Source: a bacterium
GTDB lineage: Bacteria > Patescibacteriota > Minisyncoccia > Phycocordibacterales > CAIZLB01
Assembly (NCBI GenBank): GCA_037127815.1
Contig: JBAXXP010000001.1
Coordinates: 232,174-296,173 of the forward strand
Length of the DNA stretch: 64,000 nt
Direction: 5' to 3'
Below, in pieces: positions 42,595-53,053 of this stretch. The notes beneath the pieces were generated by a model. It did not search any database, was not told the origin of the DNA, and was given only the letters and a program-made list of their open reading frames with translations. Position numbers and translations under genes: made by a program. How positions within the stretch are numbered: the stretch's first letter is position 1; every line of letters begins with the position of its first letter.

Positions 42595-44160
42595 ATGTAT
42601 ATGAAAAGCAAAACAGAGTTAAAAGTCAAAGTATCTACTAATCCTAAGGTAACAGAAAGTAATAAAAATTTGGGATTCTTTATTAAACAACTTCGAGAGG
42701 ATAGAAATCTAACTCAAACAGATTTTGCTAAGCTTTTGAAAACATCACAAAGTGCGGTAGCTAGGATTGAGAATGGGGGACAGAACATGACAACAGAAGA
42801 ATTGAATAGAATAAGTATTGCTCTTGGAAGAAAAATTATGACTATTTCAGATTCTATTGATGTAGAAATTAATGGGGGAAGAAAACTTTCTGGAACTATC
42901 GCAACGAATACATCTAAAAATGGGGCGCTTGGTCTTATTTGTGCATCACTTTTAAATAAAGGAAAAACTCGTCTGCATGGAATACCTCGTATTGAAGAGG
43001 TTCAAAGAATTATAGAATTAATGGAAAGTATTGGTATTTCAATAAAATGGATTGAAAAAAATACTTTGGAAATTATTGTTCCAAAAAAGTTAAAAACGGA
43101 GAATATGGATAAGGTCGCAGCAGGAAGAATTAGATCCGGCTTGATGATGATTGGCCCAATGATCCATCTAGAAAGTATATTTAAAATACCTCACTCAGGA
43201 GGTTGTAAAATGGGTCAAAGGACAATCTCTGCTCATAGATATGGTCTAGAAGATTTGGGTGTAAAAATTGATACAAAAGAGGATCATTATCTAATTCAAT
43301 CAAAAAAACTAGCGCCCGCTCATATTATAATGTCAGAGTCTTCCGATACTGCGGCCGAGAATTTATTAATGGCGGCAGCCCTAATAAAAGGGAAGACTAC
43401 AATTCAGTTTGCACCACCAAACTATCAGGTTCAGGAAGTATGTTTCTTTCTGGAAACCTTGGGTGTGAAAATTGAGGGCGTTGGTTCAACCACGTTAATC
43501 GTTCATGGAATTGATGAAATTAATATGGATGTTGATTATTATAATAGTGAAGATCCAACAGAATCTATGATGTTCATTACAGCAGGTATTGTAACTGGAT
43601 CTACTCTGACTATAACGAGATGTCCAATTGATTTTCTAGCCCTGGAAATGTTTAAGTTAAAAAAGATGGGATTGAAGTATAAGCAGACATCTGTTTATTA
43701 TGCTGTGAATGGTAGAACAAAATTAGTTGATATTACTATTTACCCATCAAAACTAGTTGCTCCACTTGATAAAATTTCAGCCCAACCATATCCTGGAATT
43801 AATACTGATAACCTGCCATTCTTTGTGCCAATTGCTGTGTTGGCTAAGGGGACAACTTTGATTCATGATTGGATGTGGGAGAATAGAGCAATTTATTTTA
43901 CAGAGTTAAATAGGCTTGGGGCCAATATCAACCTGGCGGATCCTCACAGAGTTTTTATTCAAGGGCCCACAGAATTGAAGGCTGCACAAATTGTTTGCCC
44001 TTTAGCACTACGCCCTGCAATGATTATTATGGTTGCCATGCTTGGAGCAAAAGGAAAATCTATTCTTAGAAACATTTACCCAATAAGCAGGGGGTATGAG
44101 GATATTGCTGAACGATTGAATGGAATAGGGGCGGACATTAAGGTGATAAAGGAGATATAG
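42595..44160 (+). CDS. murA: UDP-N-acetylglucosamine 1-carboxyvinyltransferase with N-terminal XRE HTH
   Basis: LTQTDFAKLLKTSQSAVARIENG (HTH); SKNG, GGCKMGQR, PYPGINTD, RGYE. Confidence 0.92.
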   Translation: MYMKSKTELKVKVSTNPKVTESNKNLGFFIKQLREDRNLTQTDFAKLLKTSQSAVARIENGGQNMTTEELNRISIALGRKIMTISDSIDVEINGGRKLSGTIATNTSKNGALGLICASLLNKGKTRLHGIPRIEEVQRIIELMESIGISIKWIEKNTLEIIVPKKLKTENMDKVAAGRIRSGLMMIGPMIHLESIFKIPHSGGCKMGQRTISAHRYGLEDLGVKIDTKEDHYLIQSKKLAPAHIIMSESSDTAAENLLMAAALIKGKTTIQFAPPNYQVQEVCFFLETLGVKIEGVGSTTLIVHGIDEINMDVDYYNSEDPTESMMFITAGIVTGSTLTITRCPIDFLALEMFKLKKMGLKYKQTSVYYAVNGRTKLVDITIYPSKLVAPLDKISAQPYPGINTDNLPFFVPIAVLAKGTTLIHDWMWENRAIYFTELNRLGANINLADPHRVFIQGPTELKAAQIVCPLALRPAMIIMVAMLGAKGKSILRNIYPISRGYEDIAERLNGIGADIKVIKEI

Positions 44161-44226
44161 TTTTTTAGATATATACAACTTAAGTAAGTGGTTTAGCGAG
44201 AGGTTTGATACAATTATTTTACATAC

Positions 44227-44255
44227 TTGCAAAATACATGCATTTTGCATATAAT
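44227..44255 (+). promoter_or_regulatory. TA promoter (TTGCAA-17-TATAAT) with overlapping palindromic operator
   Basis: TGCAAAAT-ACATGC-ATTTTGCA at 44228-44249. Confidence 0.7.
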
Positions 44256-44261
44256 ATATGT

Positions 44262-44537
44262 ATGACTACAAACGTACAAATAAGAGTAGACACAAAGTTA
44301 AAGAATGAGGCAGAAAAGACTTTGAATAAACTGGGTCTGGATTTACCTACGGCTTTTAGAATTTTCCTAAATAAAATAAACATTACTGGGGGAATACCTT
44401 TTCCTGTAAATAATGATAGTTATTTCAATTATACAAAAGAACAGGAGGATGAGATACTGGATGCCTATAAAAATGGTAAAAGATCAAAGGAGTTTAAAAA
44501 TGCCAAGGAATTAATTAAGCATCTAAGGTCTCAATAA
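44262..44537 (+). CDS. RelB/DinJ antitoxin
   Basis: VQIRVDTKLKNEAEKTLNKLGLDLPTAFRIFL..GGIPF. Confidence 0.88.
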   Translation: MTTNVQIRVDTKLKNEAEKTLNKLGLDLPTAFRIFLNKINITGGIPFPVNNDSYFNYTKEQEDEILDAYKNGKRSKEFKNAKELIKHLRSQ

Positions 44538-44540
44538 AAA

Positions 44541-44801
44541 ATGAAGATAGTTACTACAGATAAGTATGATAAAAAATATAAAAAACTAAGTAATAATCTA
44601 AAAGATAAGATAGATAGAGCACTGGAGAAATTTGCAAAAGATCCTTTTGACCCATCTCTACTAAACCATGGTCTACAAGGAGGACTTAATGGTTTTAACT
44701 CTATTAAGGCAGGTTTTGATTTAAGAATTATTCTTAAGGAAGAGAATGGTTATATATTGGTTTTACTGATTGATTTAGGAAAACATGATCATGTTTATTA
44801 G
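44541..44801 (+). CDS. RelE/YafQ-type mRNA interferase toxin
   Basis: DPFDPSLLNHGLQG...DLRII...LGKHDHVY; directly after the antitoxin. Confidence 0.85.
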   Translation: MKIVTTDKYDKKYKKLSNNLKDKIDRALEKFAKDPFDPSLLNHGLQGGLNGFNSIKAGFDLRIILKEENGYILVLLIDLGKHDHVY

Positions 44802-44904
44802 ACCGTGTTATTATAAAACCTCTGTTAAATCCCTAAGGCCTTTATTTTTAGGCGTTTTTATGCTAGGATGTGAATCTAATTAAAAATAAATTAAATTAAA
44901 CATT

Positions 44905-46323
44905 ATGCACCTTGGTAAAAAGACTAAAATAGTGGCTACAATCGGCCCTGTTACGGAATCGACAGAACAATTAAAAAAGATGTTAAAGGCAGGAATGAAC
45001 GTTATGAGAATGAACTTCTCTCACGGAGATTTTGCTGAACATCAAGCAAAGTTCAATAACCTTAAAAAGGCTATTGAGGAAACAGGTATGCCTTGCGCAA
45101 TCATGCAAGACCTTTCTGGTCCAAAGTTTAGAATCGGAGATTTCTACCAAGATCGTGTAACTCTAAAAAAAGGAGATTTTATTACTCTAACTCCTGAGAA
45201 AATTGTTGGAGATGAAAAACGTGTTTCAATTAACTACCCAACACTTCACCTAGAACTTAAGGTGGGAAATATAATAATGGTTGATGATGGTAAGAAACAA
45301 TTCCAAGTTGTTGAAATAAAGGGAAGTGAGATTAAGTGTAAAATTCTAATCGGAGGTGAGACAAAAGGCAGACGTGGAGTAAATCTTCCAGGTGCATACC
45401 TTAAGGTTAGTTCTCTTACAGAAAAAGATAAGAAGGATATTGCTTTTGGAATCAAAAATAAAGTTGATATTGTTGCCTTTTCTTTTGTTAGAACAGGGGA
45501 TGACGTTAAAGAGCTAAGAGGAATTCTTGATAAAGCAAAGTCTAAAGCTATGATTATGGCAAAGATTGAAACACAAGAGGCAGTGGACAATATCGATGAG
45601 ATTATCGCACTTTCTGATGCTGTGATGGTTGCTCGTGGGGACTTGGCTGTGGAGATTGGATATGAAAATACACCACTTGTACAGAAGATGATTATCAAGA
45701 AGGCTAATGAAGCTGGAAAGCCAGTTGTTACTGCAACTCAAATGTTGGAATCTATGATTAAGTCTCCAGTTCCTACTCGTGCTGAGGTATCTGATATTGC
45801 CAATGCAATCCTTGATGGAACAGATGCTGTTATGCTTTCTGAGGAATCAACTCTTGGGGATTACCCAATTGAAGCTGTTGAAATGATGTCAACTATCGCA
45901 CTTAAGGTTGAGAATTCAGAACACCATGCAGAGATGTTGTGGGGAATGCAAGCGCATCACATAGGTGTTGGACATTCAACAACTCTTGCTGCTATGGAGG
46001 CTGCTGAGAAGGTTGATGCAAAGTATATTGTTACTCTAACTGAGTACGGATATGCTGCAAGAATGGTTTCAAGAAATAGAGGTCATCAACCAATTCTTGT
46101 TTTAACTCCAAATCCTGTTTTGTTTAATCAAGCATGTCTGATTTACGGTTGTTATCCAATAATGGATGCAAAGCATAAGACTTTTGAAGAAGCTTTTGCA
46201 AACGTTAGACCATTGCTTACAAAGAACAAGCTTGTAAAGAAGGGGGATAGAGTAGTAGTTGTATCTGGAATGCCATTTGCAAAGACTGAAGAGTCAAATG
46301 TTATGTTGATAGAGACAATCTAG
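44905..46323 (+). CDS. pyk: Pyruvate kinase
   Basis: TKIVATIGP, RMNFSHG, MVARGDL, ATQMLESM, PTRAE. Confidence 0.97.
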   Translation: MHLGKKTKIVATIGPVTESTEQLKKMLKAGMNVMRMNFSHGDFAEHQAKFNNLKKAIEETGMPCAIMQDLSGPKFRIGDFYQDRVTLKKGDFITLTPEKIVGDEKRVSINYPTLHLELKVGNIIMVDDGKKQFQVVEIKGSEIKCKILIGGETKGRRGVNLPGAYLKVSSLTEKDKKDIAFGIKNKVDIVAFSFVRTGDDVKELRGILDKAKSKAMIMAKIETQEAVDNIDEIIALSDAVMVARGDLAVEIGYENTPLVQKMIIKKANEAGKPVVTATQMLESMIKSPVPTRAEVSDIANAILDGTDAVMLSEESTLGDYPIEAVEMMSTIALKVENSEHHAEMLWGMQAHHIGVGHSTTLAAMEAAEKVDAKYIVTLTEYGYAARMVSRNRGHQPILVLTPNPVLFNQACLIYGCYPIMDAKHKTFEEAFANVRPLLTKNKLVKKGDRVVVVSGMPFAKTEESNVMLIETI

Positions 46324-46528
46324 TTTAAGGATTAAACTTAAAACATATAAAAAGTCATGTTTACAAAAGACCTCAGAGATGAGGTCTTTTGTATTAGTAT
46401 TTGGTTAATTTTTGAATAGATATAAAAATACATTCCTGGTGCATCTTGTGTCACTACATAAAATCTCCAGTTTTTCTTTAGAATTTCTTTATAGAAACTT
46501 TAGAACTATTTGCTATAGTATTCTGGTT

Positions 46529-47302
46529 ATGAAAAATTCATCAAATAAATTAGTTCCTTATGTTATTAAAGATACAGACCTGATTATGTCATCAGTCCCA
46601 GAGCCTGGGGAAGGTAGCGTTCGTGTCTATGACTTACGCTTTAGAGATTTACCTCAAGAGGAAAAACCGCGAGAAAAATTAATTGCATACGGCCCAGCCC
46701 CACTTTCTCTAGCAGAGCTTGTTGCAATTGTTCTAAATGTTGGAACAAAAGCAGAAGACGTACTATCTATGTCCAAACGTCTTGTAAAGGAATATGGAGT
46801 AAGTGCATTGTCTTCACAAATTAATCCAGAACAACTTTCACAGGACTTGAATATTCCCTTAGGAAAAGCGTGTCAAATAGTTGCGTGCAGTGAAATTGGC
46901 AGGCGTCTTTATAAAAAGAATGATATCGGTCTTGCTGTTATAAGGACAGCAAAAGATGCCTATGATTATTTGGTAGATATGCATTCTTTACCCAAAGAGC
47001 AATTAAGAGGCATATATTTAGATACTCACAATAGAGTTATTCATGATGAGGTCATTTCTATTGGAACTATTAATACAAACATTGTTCACCCAAGAGAAGT
47101 TTTTAGACCAGCCCTTGAGTATGGTGCTGTTGCGGTTGTTTTGGCACATAACCATCCGTCAGGTGTAGTTACTCCAAGTACAGCGGACATTGAAATTACA
47201 AAGCAGTTGGTGCAAGCTGGAAGAATTATTGGTATTCATGTTTTAGACCATGTTGTAATTATTAAAGAAGGTTTTCAAAGCATAGGGGTTGATTATCAGT
47301 AA
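46529..47302 (+). CDS. radC: RadC/JAB domain protein
   Basis: EKPREKL, VHPREVF, AHNHPSG, VLDHVVI. Confidence 0.93.
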   Translation: MKNSSNKLVPYVIKDTDLIMSSVPEPGEGSVRVYDLRFRDLPQEEKPREKLIAYGPAPLSLAELVAIVLNVGTKAEDVLSMSKRLVKEYGVSALSSQINPEQLSQDLNIPLGKACQIVACSEIGRRLYKKNDIGLAVIRTAKDAYDYLVDMHSLPKEQLRGIYLDTHNRVIHDEVISIGTINTNIVHPREVFRPALEYGAVAVVLAHNHPSGVVTPSTADIEITKQLVQAGRIIGIHVLDHVVIIKEGFQSIGVDYQ

Positions 47303-47322
47303 AAATGTAATACAATCAGACT

Positions 47323-48030
47323 ATGTCAACACTTTATGTAGTCGGAACTCCAATAGGAAACCTAGAAGATATCACTATGCGCGCTATACGTGTATTAGGA
47401 GAGGTTGATTTGATTTTATGTGAAGACACTAGAACAAGTAGAACTCTACTAAATAAATATGAAATCAAAACAGCTACAATGTCTTTTCATACTCATAGTG
47501 GATTAGCTAAGATTGATAAGATAATAGAAATGTTAAAAGAAGGGAAGGACCTGGCGCTTATTACAGACGCCGGGACTCCCGCAATCTCTGACCCTGGATC
47601 TCTGCTTGTTTCAAAGGTAAGAGAGGTATTGGGTGATGATGTTGAAATCAAAGCTGTACCTGGACCATCTGCTTTAACTGCTGCACTTTCAATTGTTGGA
47701 CTTCCAGACCACCAATTTACATTTATTGGTTTTTTACCTCATAAAAAAGGTAGAGAAACTCTATTTAATAAAATTGCAGAAGCAAAGAAGGAATCTTTTG
47801 TGTTTTATGAGTCAACACACAGAATAGAAAAAACCCTGGAGTCATTAAAGGAATATTTTGAAAAGTCAGAAACTCCTAATAGAAAAATATACCTAGCCCG
47901 CGAGCTTACAAAAATGTTTGAGGAATGTGCTGTTGGAACCGCAGAAGAATTGATTGATAGAATAAAATTAGATAGCAATAAATTAAGAGGGGAGTTTGTT
48001 GTTATTGTTGGACCAAATTTTACACAATAA
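47323..48030 (+). CDS. rsmI: 16S rRNA C1402 2'-O-methyltransferase
   Basis: LYVVGTPIGNLEDIT, CEDTR, DAGTPAISDPG, ARELTKMFEE. Confidence 0.95.
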   Translation: MSTLYVVGTPIGNLEDITMRAIRVLGEVDLILCEDTRTSRTLLNKYEIKTATMSFHTHSGLAKIDKIIEMLKEGKDLALITDAGTPAISDPGSLLVSKVREVLGDDVEIKAVPGPSALTAALSIVGLPDHQFTFIGFLPHKKGRETLFNKIAEAKKESFVFYESTHRIEKTLESLKEYFEKSETPNRKIYLARELTKMFEECAVGTAEELIDRIKLDSNKLRGEFVVIVGPNFTQ

Positions 48031-48125
48031 ACGAAACGTATTAGAGTTGCCTAGGTTATTTTATAATCGCCCATGCGAGATAGTCTAAAATTGGAACTAT
48101 TATCAATTTTTGCTATACTGACTAC

Positions 48126-48293
48126 ATGAAAAAAATAAGGACTGTTCTCATTGTATTGGGTCTGGTTATTGCTTTGGTTCCGGTATTTCTATCAGTTGCA
48201 GGAGGCTTTAAGAATTTAGTAATTGAGGCACTCGGTTTATTAGTTGCTGTTTTATCTTATCTATACGTTCATGAACAGCAAAAAAAGAACTAA
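48126..48293 (+). CDS. Small 2-TM membrane protein (55 aa), missed by the ORF track
   Basis: MKKIRTVLIVLGLVIALVPVFL...; TGC-TATACT 6 nt before the ATG; overlaps the next start. Confidence 0.65.
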   Translation: MKKIRTVLIVLGLVIALVPVFLSVAGGFKNLVIEALGLLVAVLSYLYVHEQQKKN

Positions 48294-49794
48294 CAGTTCA
48301 AAGAATCTAAAATATATTAAACATCTTCTTGGAGGCAAGAACGTGCCTTTTATTTTAGGTGGGTTATTTTTATTAACCATAGTTTTGTTTGTTTTACCTA
48401 ATATCCTTTCTGTAACTTTTGATGCGAGTCACATGAAGGCAAAGGTTAGTGATTCTGTTTCAGCATCAGCGTTAGGTCAATCAGCCTCAACGTCGAGCGA
48501 TACAAATCAGGTTCTATCGGCAAGCGCCATTGCATCTTCATCGTCAATTATTGCCTTTGATCCAAATAGTTCAATCATACAAACTCAAGCCGGCGCAACT
48601 CATTTAAAGACACCTGTAGCACTTAAGGCTGTCTATATGTCTAGTTGGGTTGCTGGATCAAATGATTTTAAAAATAGAATAAAAAAAATGATTGCGGATT
48701 CTGAATTAAATGCCGTTGTCATAGACTTTAAGGATTCAACAGGAATGCTTTCTGCAAAAACAGGTGTACCTGAAATTGATAATGAGGGATGTACCGAGAA
48801 TAGAATTAGTGACATCAAAGGTCTTATAAAGGAATTTCATGATTTAAATATTTATGTAATCGCAAGAGTCGCTGTTTTTCAGGATTCTTGTCTAGCTAAA
48901 AAACATCCAGAATATTCTGTAAAAAGAAAAAGCGATGGTCTTATTTGGAAGGATAGAAAAGGGATGTCTTGGATGTACGCTGGATCAAAAGAAGTTTGGG
49001 ATTACAATATAAAAATTGCCAGGGTTGCATATTCAATAGGTTTTGATGAAGTTAATCTGGACTATATAAGATTCCCGTCAGATGGAAACATGAAGGATCT
49101 AAGCTATCCGGTAGCTATTGTTAATGACCCAATTGCACAAAAACCAAAACCAGCTGTAGTTAAGGCGCCAAAGGTAAGCACTAAAGCTGGTACTAAAATT
49201 TCCAACAAAGCTTCTGTTATTGTAGCTGTTGCAGCTACTACCACTGAACTGATACCAATAACTGAAGCTACCGTTATCTCCACAACTACCATCGCATATG
49301 ATGATTTAAGTTTAAATACTAGGGCTAATATATTATCGAGATTCTTTACCTACATGGATGGCGAGCTTAGAAAAAGTGGAGACAATAGACCTAAAATTTC
49401 TGCTGATGTTTTTGGAATGGTTGCAACAAATACAGATGACTTGGGTATCGGTCAATTACTAGAAAAGATTTTACCTCATGTTGATTATGTTTCTCCTATG
49501 GTTTATCCATCGCACTTTGGACCAGGTTGGAACGGTTACACAAAGCCTGCAACCAGACCTTATGATGTTATATTTGTTTCAATGAGTAAGGCAGTTGCAC
49601 GAGCAAAGGCAATAGGTCAGGATCCTTTAAAATTAAGACCATGGCTTCAAGATTTTAATATGGGTGCAACATATACTCCCGCAATGGTTAAGGCTCAGAT
49701 TACAGCAGCATACGACGCTGGGCTTACTAGTTGGATGATGTGGGACCCCGGAAATAAATATAGTAGTACAAAACCTATTCTATTACAGAAATAA
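48271..49794 (+). CDS. Putative glycoside hydrolase (DUF4015-like TIM barrel)
   Basis: NAVVIDFKD, GFDEVNLDYIRFP, SPMVYPSH, RPWLQDF. Confidence 0.8.
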   Translation: MNSKKRTNSSKNLKYIKHLLGGKNVPFILGGLFLLTIVLFVLPNILSVTFDASHMKAKVSDSVSASALGQSASTSSDTNQVLSASAIASSSSIIAFDPNSSIIQTQAGATHLKTPVALKAVYMSSWVAGSNDFKNRIKKMIADSELNAVVIDFKDSTGMLSAKTGVPEIDNEGCTENRISDIKGLIKEFHDLNIYVIARVAVFQDSCLAKKHPEYSVKRKSDGLIWKDRKGMSWMYAGSKEVWDYNIKIARVAYSIGFDEVNLDYIRFPSDGNMKDLSYPVAIVNDPIAQKPKPAVVKAPKVSTKAGTKISNKASVIVAVAATTTELIPITEATVISTTTIAYDDLSLNTRANILSRFFTYMDGELRKSGDNRPKISADVFGMVATNTDDLGIGQLLEKILPHVDYVSPMVYPSHFGPGWNGYTKPATRPYDVIFVSMSKAVARAKAIGQDPLKLRPWLQDFNMGATYTPAMVKAQITAAYDAGLTSWMMWDPGNKYSSTKPILLQK

Positions 49795-49899
49795 TTTCAA
49801 TTTTAAAAGTAATGAATCTTGCAGAGGTGTGATATTCACATAGCGTTAAAACTTTTTTGGCATTATACTGTATACAGTAATCTATACATTAATTAATAT

Positions 49900-51990
49900 A
49901 TGCAAGACGATGAAAAAGTAACATACTTCGCAGAGACTGATGCTAGAAATAAGCATATTCGTTTTGGTATTAAGGCAAAGGATAGAGCTCGCCATGTTTA
50001 TACTATTGGAAAGACAGGTATGGGTAAATCAACTCTACTTGAAAATCTAGCTATACAAGACATTCAGAACGGTGAAGGAATTGCCTTTGTTGATCCACAT
50101 GGAAAGTCTGCGGATTTACTTTTAGAGTACATTCCAGAACATCGTAAAAAAGACGTTGTATACTTTGCTCCCTTTGACCTTGATTTTCCTATTGCTTTTA
50201 ATGTTCTTGAGGATGTTGGTATCACAAAGAGACACCTTGTTGCAAATGGTTTGATGAGTGCGTTTAAGACAATCTGGGCTGATGCTTTTTCTGCCAGAAT
50301 GGAATATATTTTAAATAATATAATGCTTGCTCTTTTGGAGTACCCTGGTTCAACACTGATGTCAGTTAACAGAATGCTTACAGACAAGGAATTTAGAGCC
50401 ACTATTGTTGCTAATGTTACAGACCCTACTGTTAAGGCTTTTTGGATTGATGAATATGGAAAGTATACAGAAAAATTTGCAGCAGAAGCGGCTCCTGCAA
50501 TTCAAAACAAAGTTGGACAATTTGTTGGTAACCCACTTGTTAGAAACATTATTGGTCAACCTGTATCTGGTTTTGATATTAGAGAGATAATGGATAATAA
50601 GAAAATTTTGATAATCAACTTATCAAAAGGACGAGTAGGCGAGGCAAATGCAAATCTTTTGGGAGCAATGTTAATTACAAAAATTTATCTTGCAGCTATG
50701 TCTCGTGCTGATTTGAAAGAGGAAGATATAAAAAAAGCACCTCAGTTTTATTTATATGTGGACGAGTTTCAAAACTTTGCAAATGACTCTTTTGCTGACA
50801 TTTTATCTGAAGCTAGAAAATATAAATTAAGTTTAACTATTGCAAATCAATACGTAGAACAAATGCCAGAAGAAGTTAGGGCTGCTGTTTTTGGAAACGT
50901 AGGAACAATGATTACTTTTAGAATTGGGGCTTATGATGCTGCCGTTTTTGAAAAGGAATACGCACCAGAGTTTACAGCAGAGGATTTGGTGAACCTGCAG
51001 CAATATCAAATGTATTTGAAGTTAATGATCGATGGAGTTACATCTCGTCCATTTTCTGCAATCGGCATGGCTCCAATTAAGAAGCCGGAGGTTTCCTATG
51101 TTGAAGAAATTCTTAATCTCTCGCGAGCTCAATTTGCTAACCCAAGAGAAAAAATTGAAGAAGACATCAGAAATTGGCACGTTGAAAAGATTGGCGTAAA
51201 GACACCTTCTAAAACATCAATAACTACTGGGTCTACAGATAGAGGTGATGACAGACCAAGTGCAAGAGCGAGTGATAGGGTTGCCGAGAGGGATGGCGAT
51301 AGATCCAGCTCAAGAACATCAAGTAGAGCTCGTGATGATGGTAGGTCCAGCATGGGGTCTGGTGATAGGTCAAGTCTTAGGTCTGGTGAAAGATCTGTAA
51401 GCAGACAGTCTGATAGACCTACACAAAGCTCAATTTCCGAAAGATTAGATGATAATAGACCTGATTTAAGATTGGTACAAAAACCTGTGGTTTCCAATGT
51501 TGAGAGGACAGCTGAAAAACCTAGAGAAAAAATAGTAAAATCTGAAAGTATACCTGCCAATGAAGTTATTTCATTGCCGCCGCAACAAAAAACACAGTCA
51601 ATCGCACAACATCCTGTGTATATACCTAAACCTGTATTAGTGCCACAGCCTGCATTGGTCAAACCACAACCCGTCCGCCCCGTTTCTTTGAATTCACTAG
51701 CTGGCGCAACTGAAAATAAATTTAAAAATAATCAAAAGGAAATCAAACCAGAAAATGTTGCCGCACTGAGGAATGCTTTGCTTTCGGTAATGGGGGAGAG
51801 TTCTTCATCTATTCAAAATGTAGAAAAACAAACAGAGCAGGGTTCAAAAAACGAATCAGTAAAAAGCGAACCTGAAAAAAATGAATCTGTAAATAATAAT
51901 AGAAGGGAAGCAGAACAAAATATTTCTAATAGAAGAAATGGTGAATTGACACCGGATGCATTAAAGAGAATATTGGATATTGAACAGTAG
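49900..51990 (+). CDS. TraD/VirD4/TrwB-like P-loop ATPase with disordered C-terminal tail
   Basis: GKTGMGKST, DPHG, LYVDEFQNF, SEARKY. Confidence 0.85.
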   Translation: MQDDEKVTYFAETDARNKHIRFGIKAKDRARHVYTIGKTGMGKSTLLENLAIQDIQNGEGIAFVDPHGKSADLLLEYIPEHRKKDVVYFAPFDLDFPIAFNVLEDVGITKRHLVANGLMSAFKTIWADAFSARMEYILNNIMLALLEYPGSTLMSVNRMLTDKEFRATIVANVTDPTVKAFWIDEYGKYTEKFAAEAAPAIQNKVGQFVGNPLVRNIIGQPVSGFDIREIMDNKKILIINLSKGRVGEANANLLGAMLITKIYLAAMSRADLKEEDIKKAPQFYLYVDEFQNFANDSFADILSEARKYKLSLTIANQYVEQMPEEVRAAVFGNVGTMITFRIGAYDAAVFEKEYAPEFTAEDLVNLQQYQMYLKLMIDGVTSRPFSAIGMAPIKKPEVSYVEEILNLSRAQFANPREKIEEDIRNWHVEKIGVKTPSKTSITTGSTDRGDDRPSARASDRVAERDGDRSSSRTSSRARDDGRSSMGSGDRSSLRSGERSVSRQSDRPTQSSISERLDDNRPDLRLVQKPVVSNVERTAEKPREKIVKSESIPANEVISLPPQQKTQSIAQHPVYIPKPVLVPQPALVKPQPVRPVSLNSLAGATENKFKNNQKEIKPENVAALRNALLSVMGESSSSIQNVEKQTEQGSKNESVKSEPEKNESVNNNRREAEQNISNRRNGELTPDALKRILDIEQ

Positions 51991-52056
51991 AAAAACTAAT
52001 TGAAAGAAACTGGATTGAAGAAAACACACTAATAACAGAAAAAAAAAGGGGGGGGG

Positions 52057-52938
52057 CTAGATCTTTATCCAACCAAGCGGAGTAACATCATTTGTATTTG
52101 CACGAGAGTCCTTAACCCATCTTTTTGGAGCTATTACAATCTTGTCTTTTTTTGGATTAAGCCATGCACCCCACCAACTAAAGGATGAGTTTGCTATAAT
52201 ATTGTGATTACAATATCCCATAAGAATAAGTTCCTCATGGTCTAAAATTTCTGGTCTTGAAACACAAACAAATGGTACATCTGTCTTTAGGTTCTCCTTA
52301 ACCCAGGATATATCATCTGAGAAGACAAATAAAACCAATTGCTTTCCACACAGCTTTGCTTGTAGGGTGGATATTGCTCTTTGATAATATGTCATATCAA
52401 GTGCACCATGATATGCCGCTGCATATTTATTTGTAGTATAATCACATCTTCTTATATGAACTGACGCGCTGACCCCACCGTTATCAGCAACTTGTTTTAT
52501 TCTATCTCTAAAAAGTTTTGCTTTCTCACCAAGTTTTTCTTTTAGAGTAAGGTCAGATCTTAATATGGTTTCAATATTAGAAAAATATTTTTCACTTTGC
52601 CAAAAACCCTCCACGTGTGAACCATCCTTAATGTCTAGATTTTCAGGTGTAAAGATATATCCATTATAAGGATTAGCTGTATTTTTTATCGCATTCTTTG
52701 CTTTTTCATACAATCTCTTGAAAAGACTAATATTGGAGTCATTAACATCATTTGATATTGACGCCTGCAGATTGAAGCAGTTTATTTGAAGCTCTCGTTC
52801 AGTGTCTATTTCTGACTGATTGTCATATCCAGATACGTCAAGAATAAGAGGGGTCTCCAGTTTTAGAGAAACAGCTCTACCGTATGCATATTGAAATAGC
52901 TGGTTTCCCAAACCGCCCTTTAATTTAACCGTTATCAT
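52057..52938 (-). CDS. GT11 alpha-1,2-fucosyltransferase
   Basis: GGLGNQLFQYA, GFWQSEKYF, HIRRCDY, NSSFSWWGAWL. Confidence 0.92.
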   Translation of the reverse strand: MITVKLKGGLGNQLFQYAYGRAVSLKLETPLILDVSGYDNQSEIDTERELQINCFNLQASISNDVNDSNISLFKRLYEKAKNAIKNTANPYNGYIFTPENLDIKDGSHVEGFWQSEKYFSNIETILRSDLTLKEKLGEKAKLFRDRIKQVADNGGVSASVHIRRCDYTTNKYAAAYHGALDMTYYQRAISTLQAKLCGKQLVLFVFSDDISWVKENLKTDVPFVCVSRPEILDHEELILMGYCNHNIIANSSFSWWGAWLNPKKDKIVIAPKRWVKDSRANTNDVTPLGWIKI

Positions 52939-53053
52939 ATAATCTTAGTGTACGATTTTTAGCACTATTTTACAAATAGACAGATTGGCTAGTCTGTGTC
53001 TTTAAGCTTTTAATCCTGAAAATGGTAAACGACTATGATATACTTTTGCCATT

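Noticed and set aside
44227-44801. RelBE pair as a novel system
   Set aside because: Ordinary type II TA with a palindromic operator; useful only as a contrast to the orphan RNases.
52039-52056. A9-G9 homopolymer as a phase-variation tract of the fucosyltransferase
   Set aside because: It lies just outside the stop codon, so slippage would not alter the protein.
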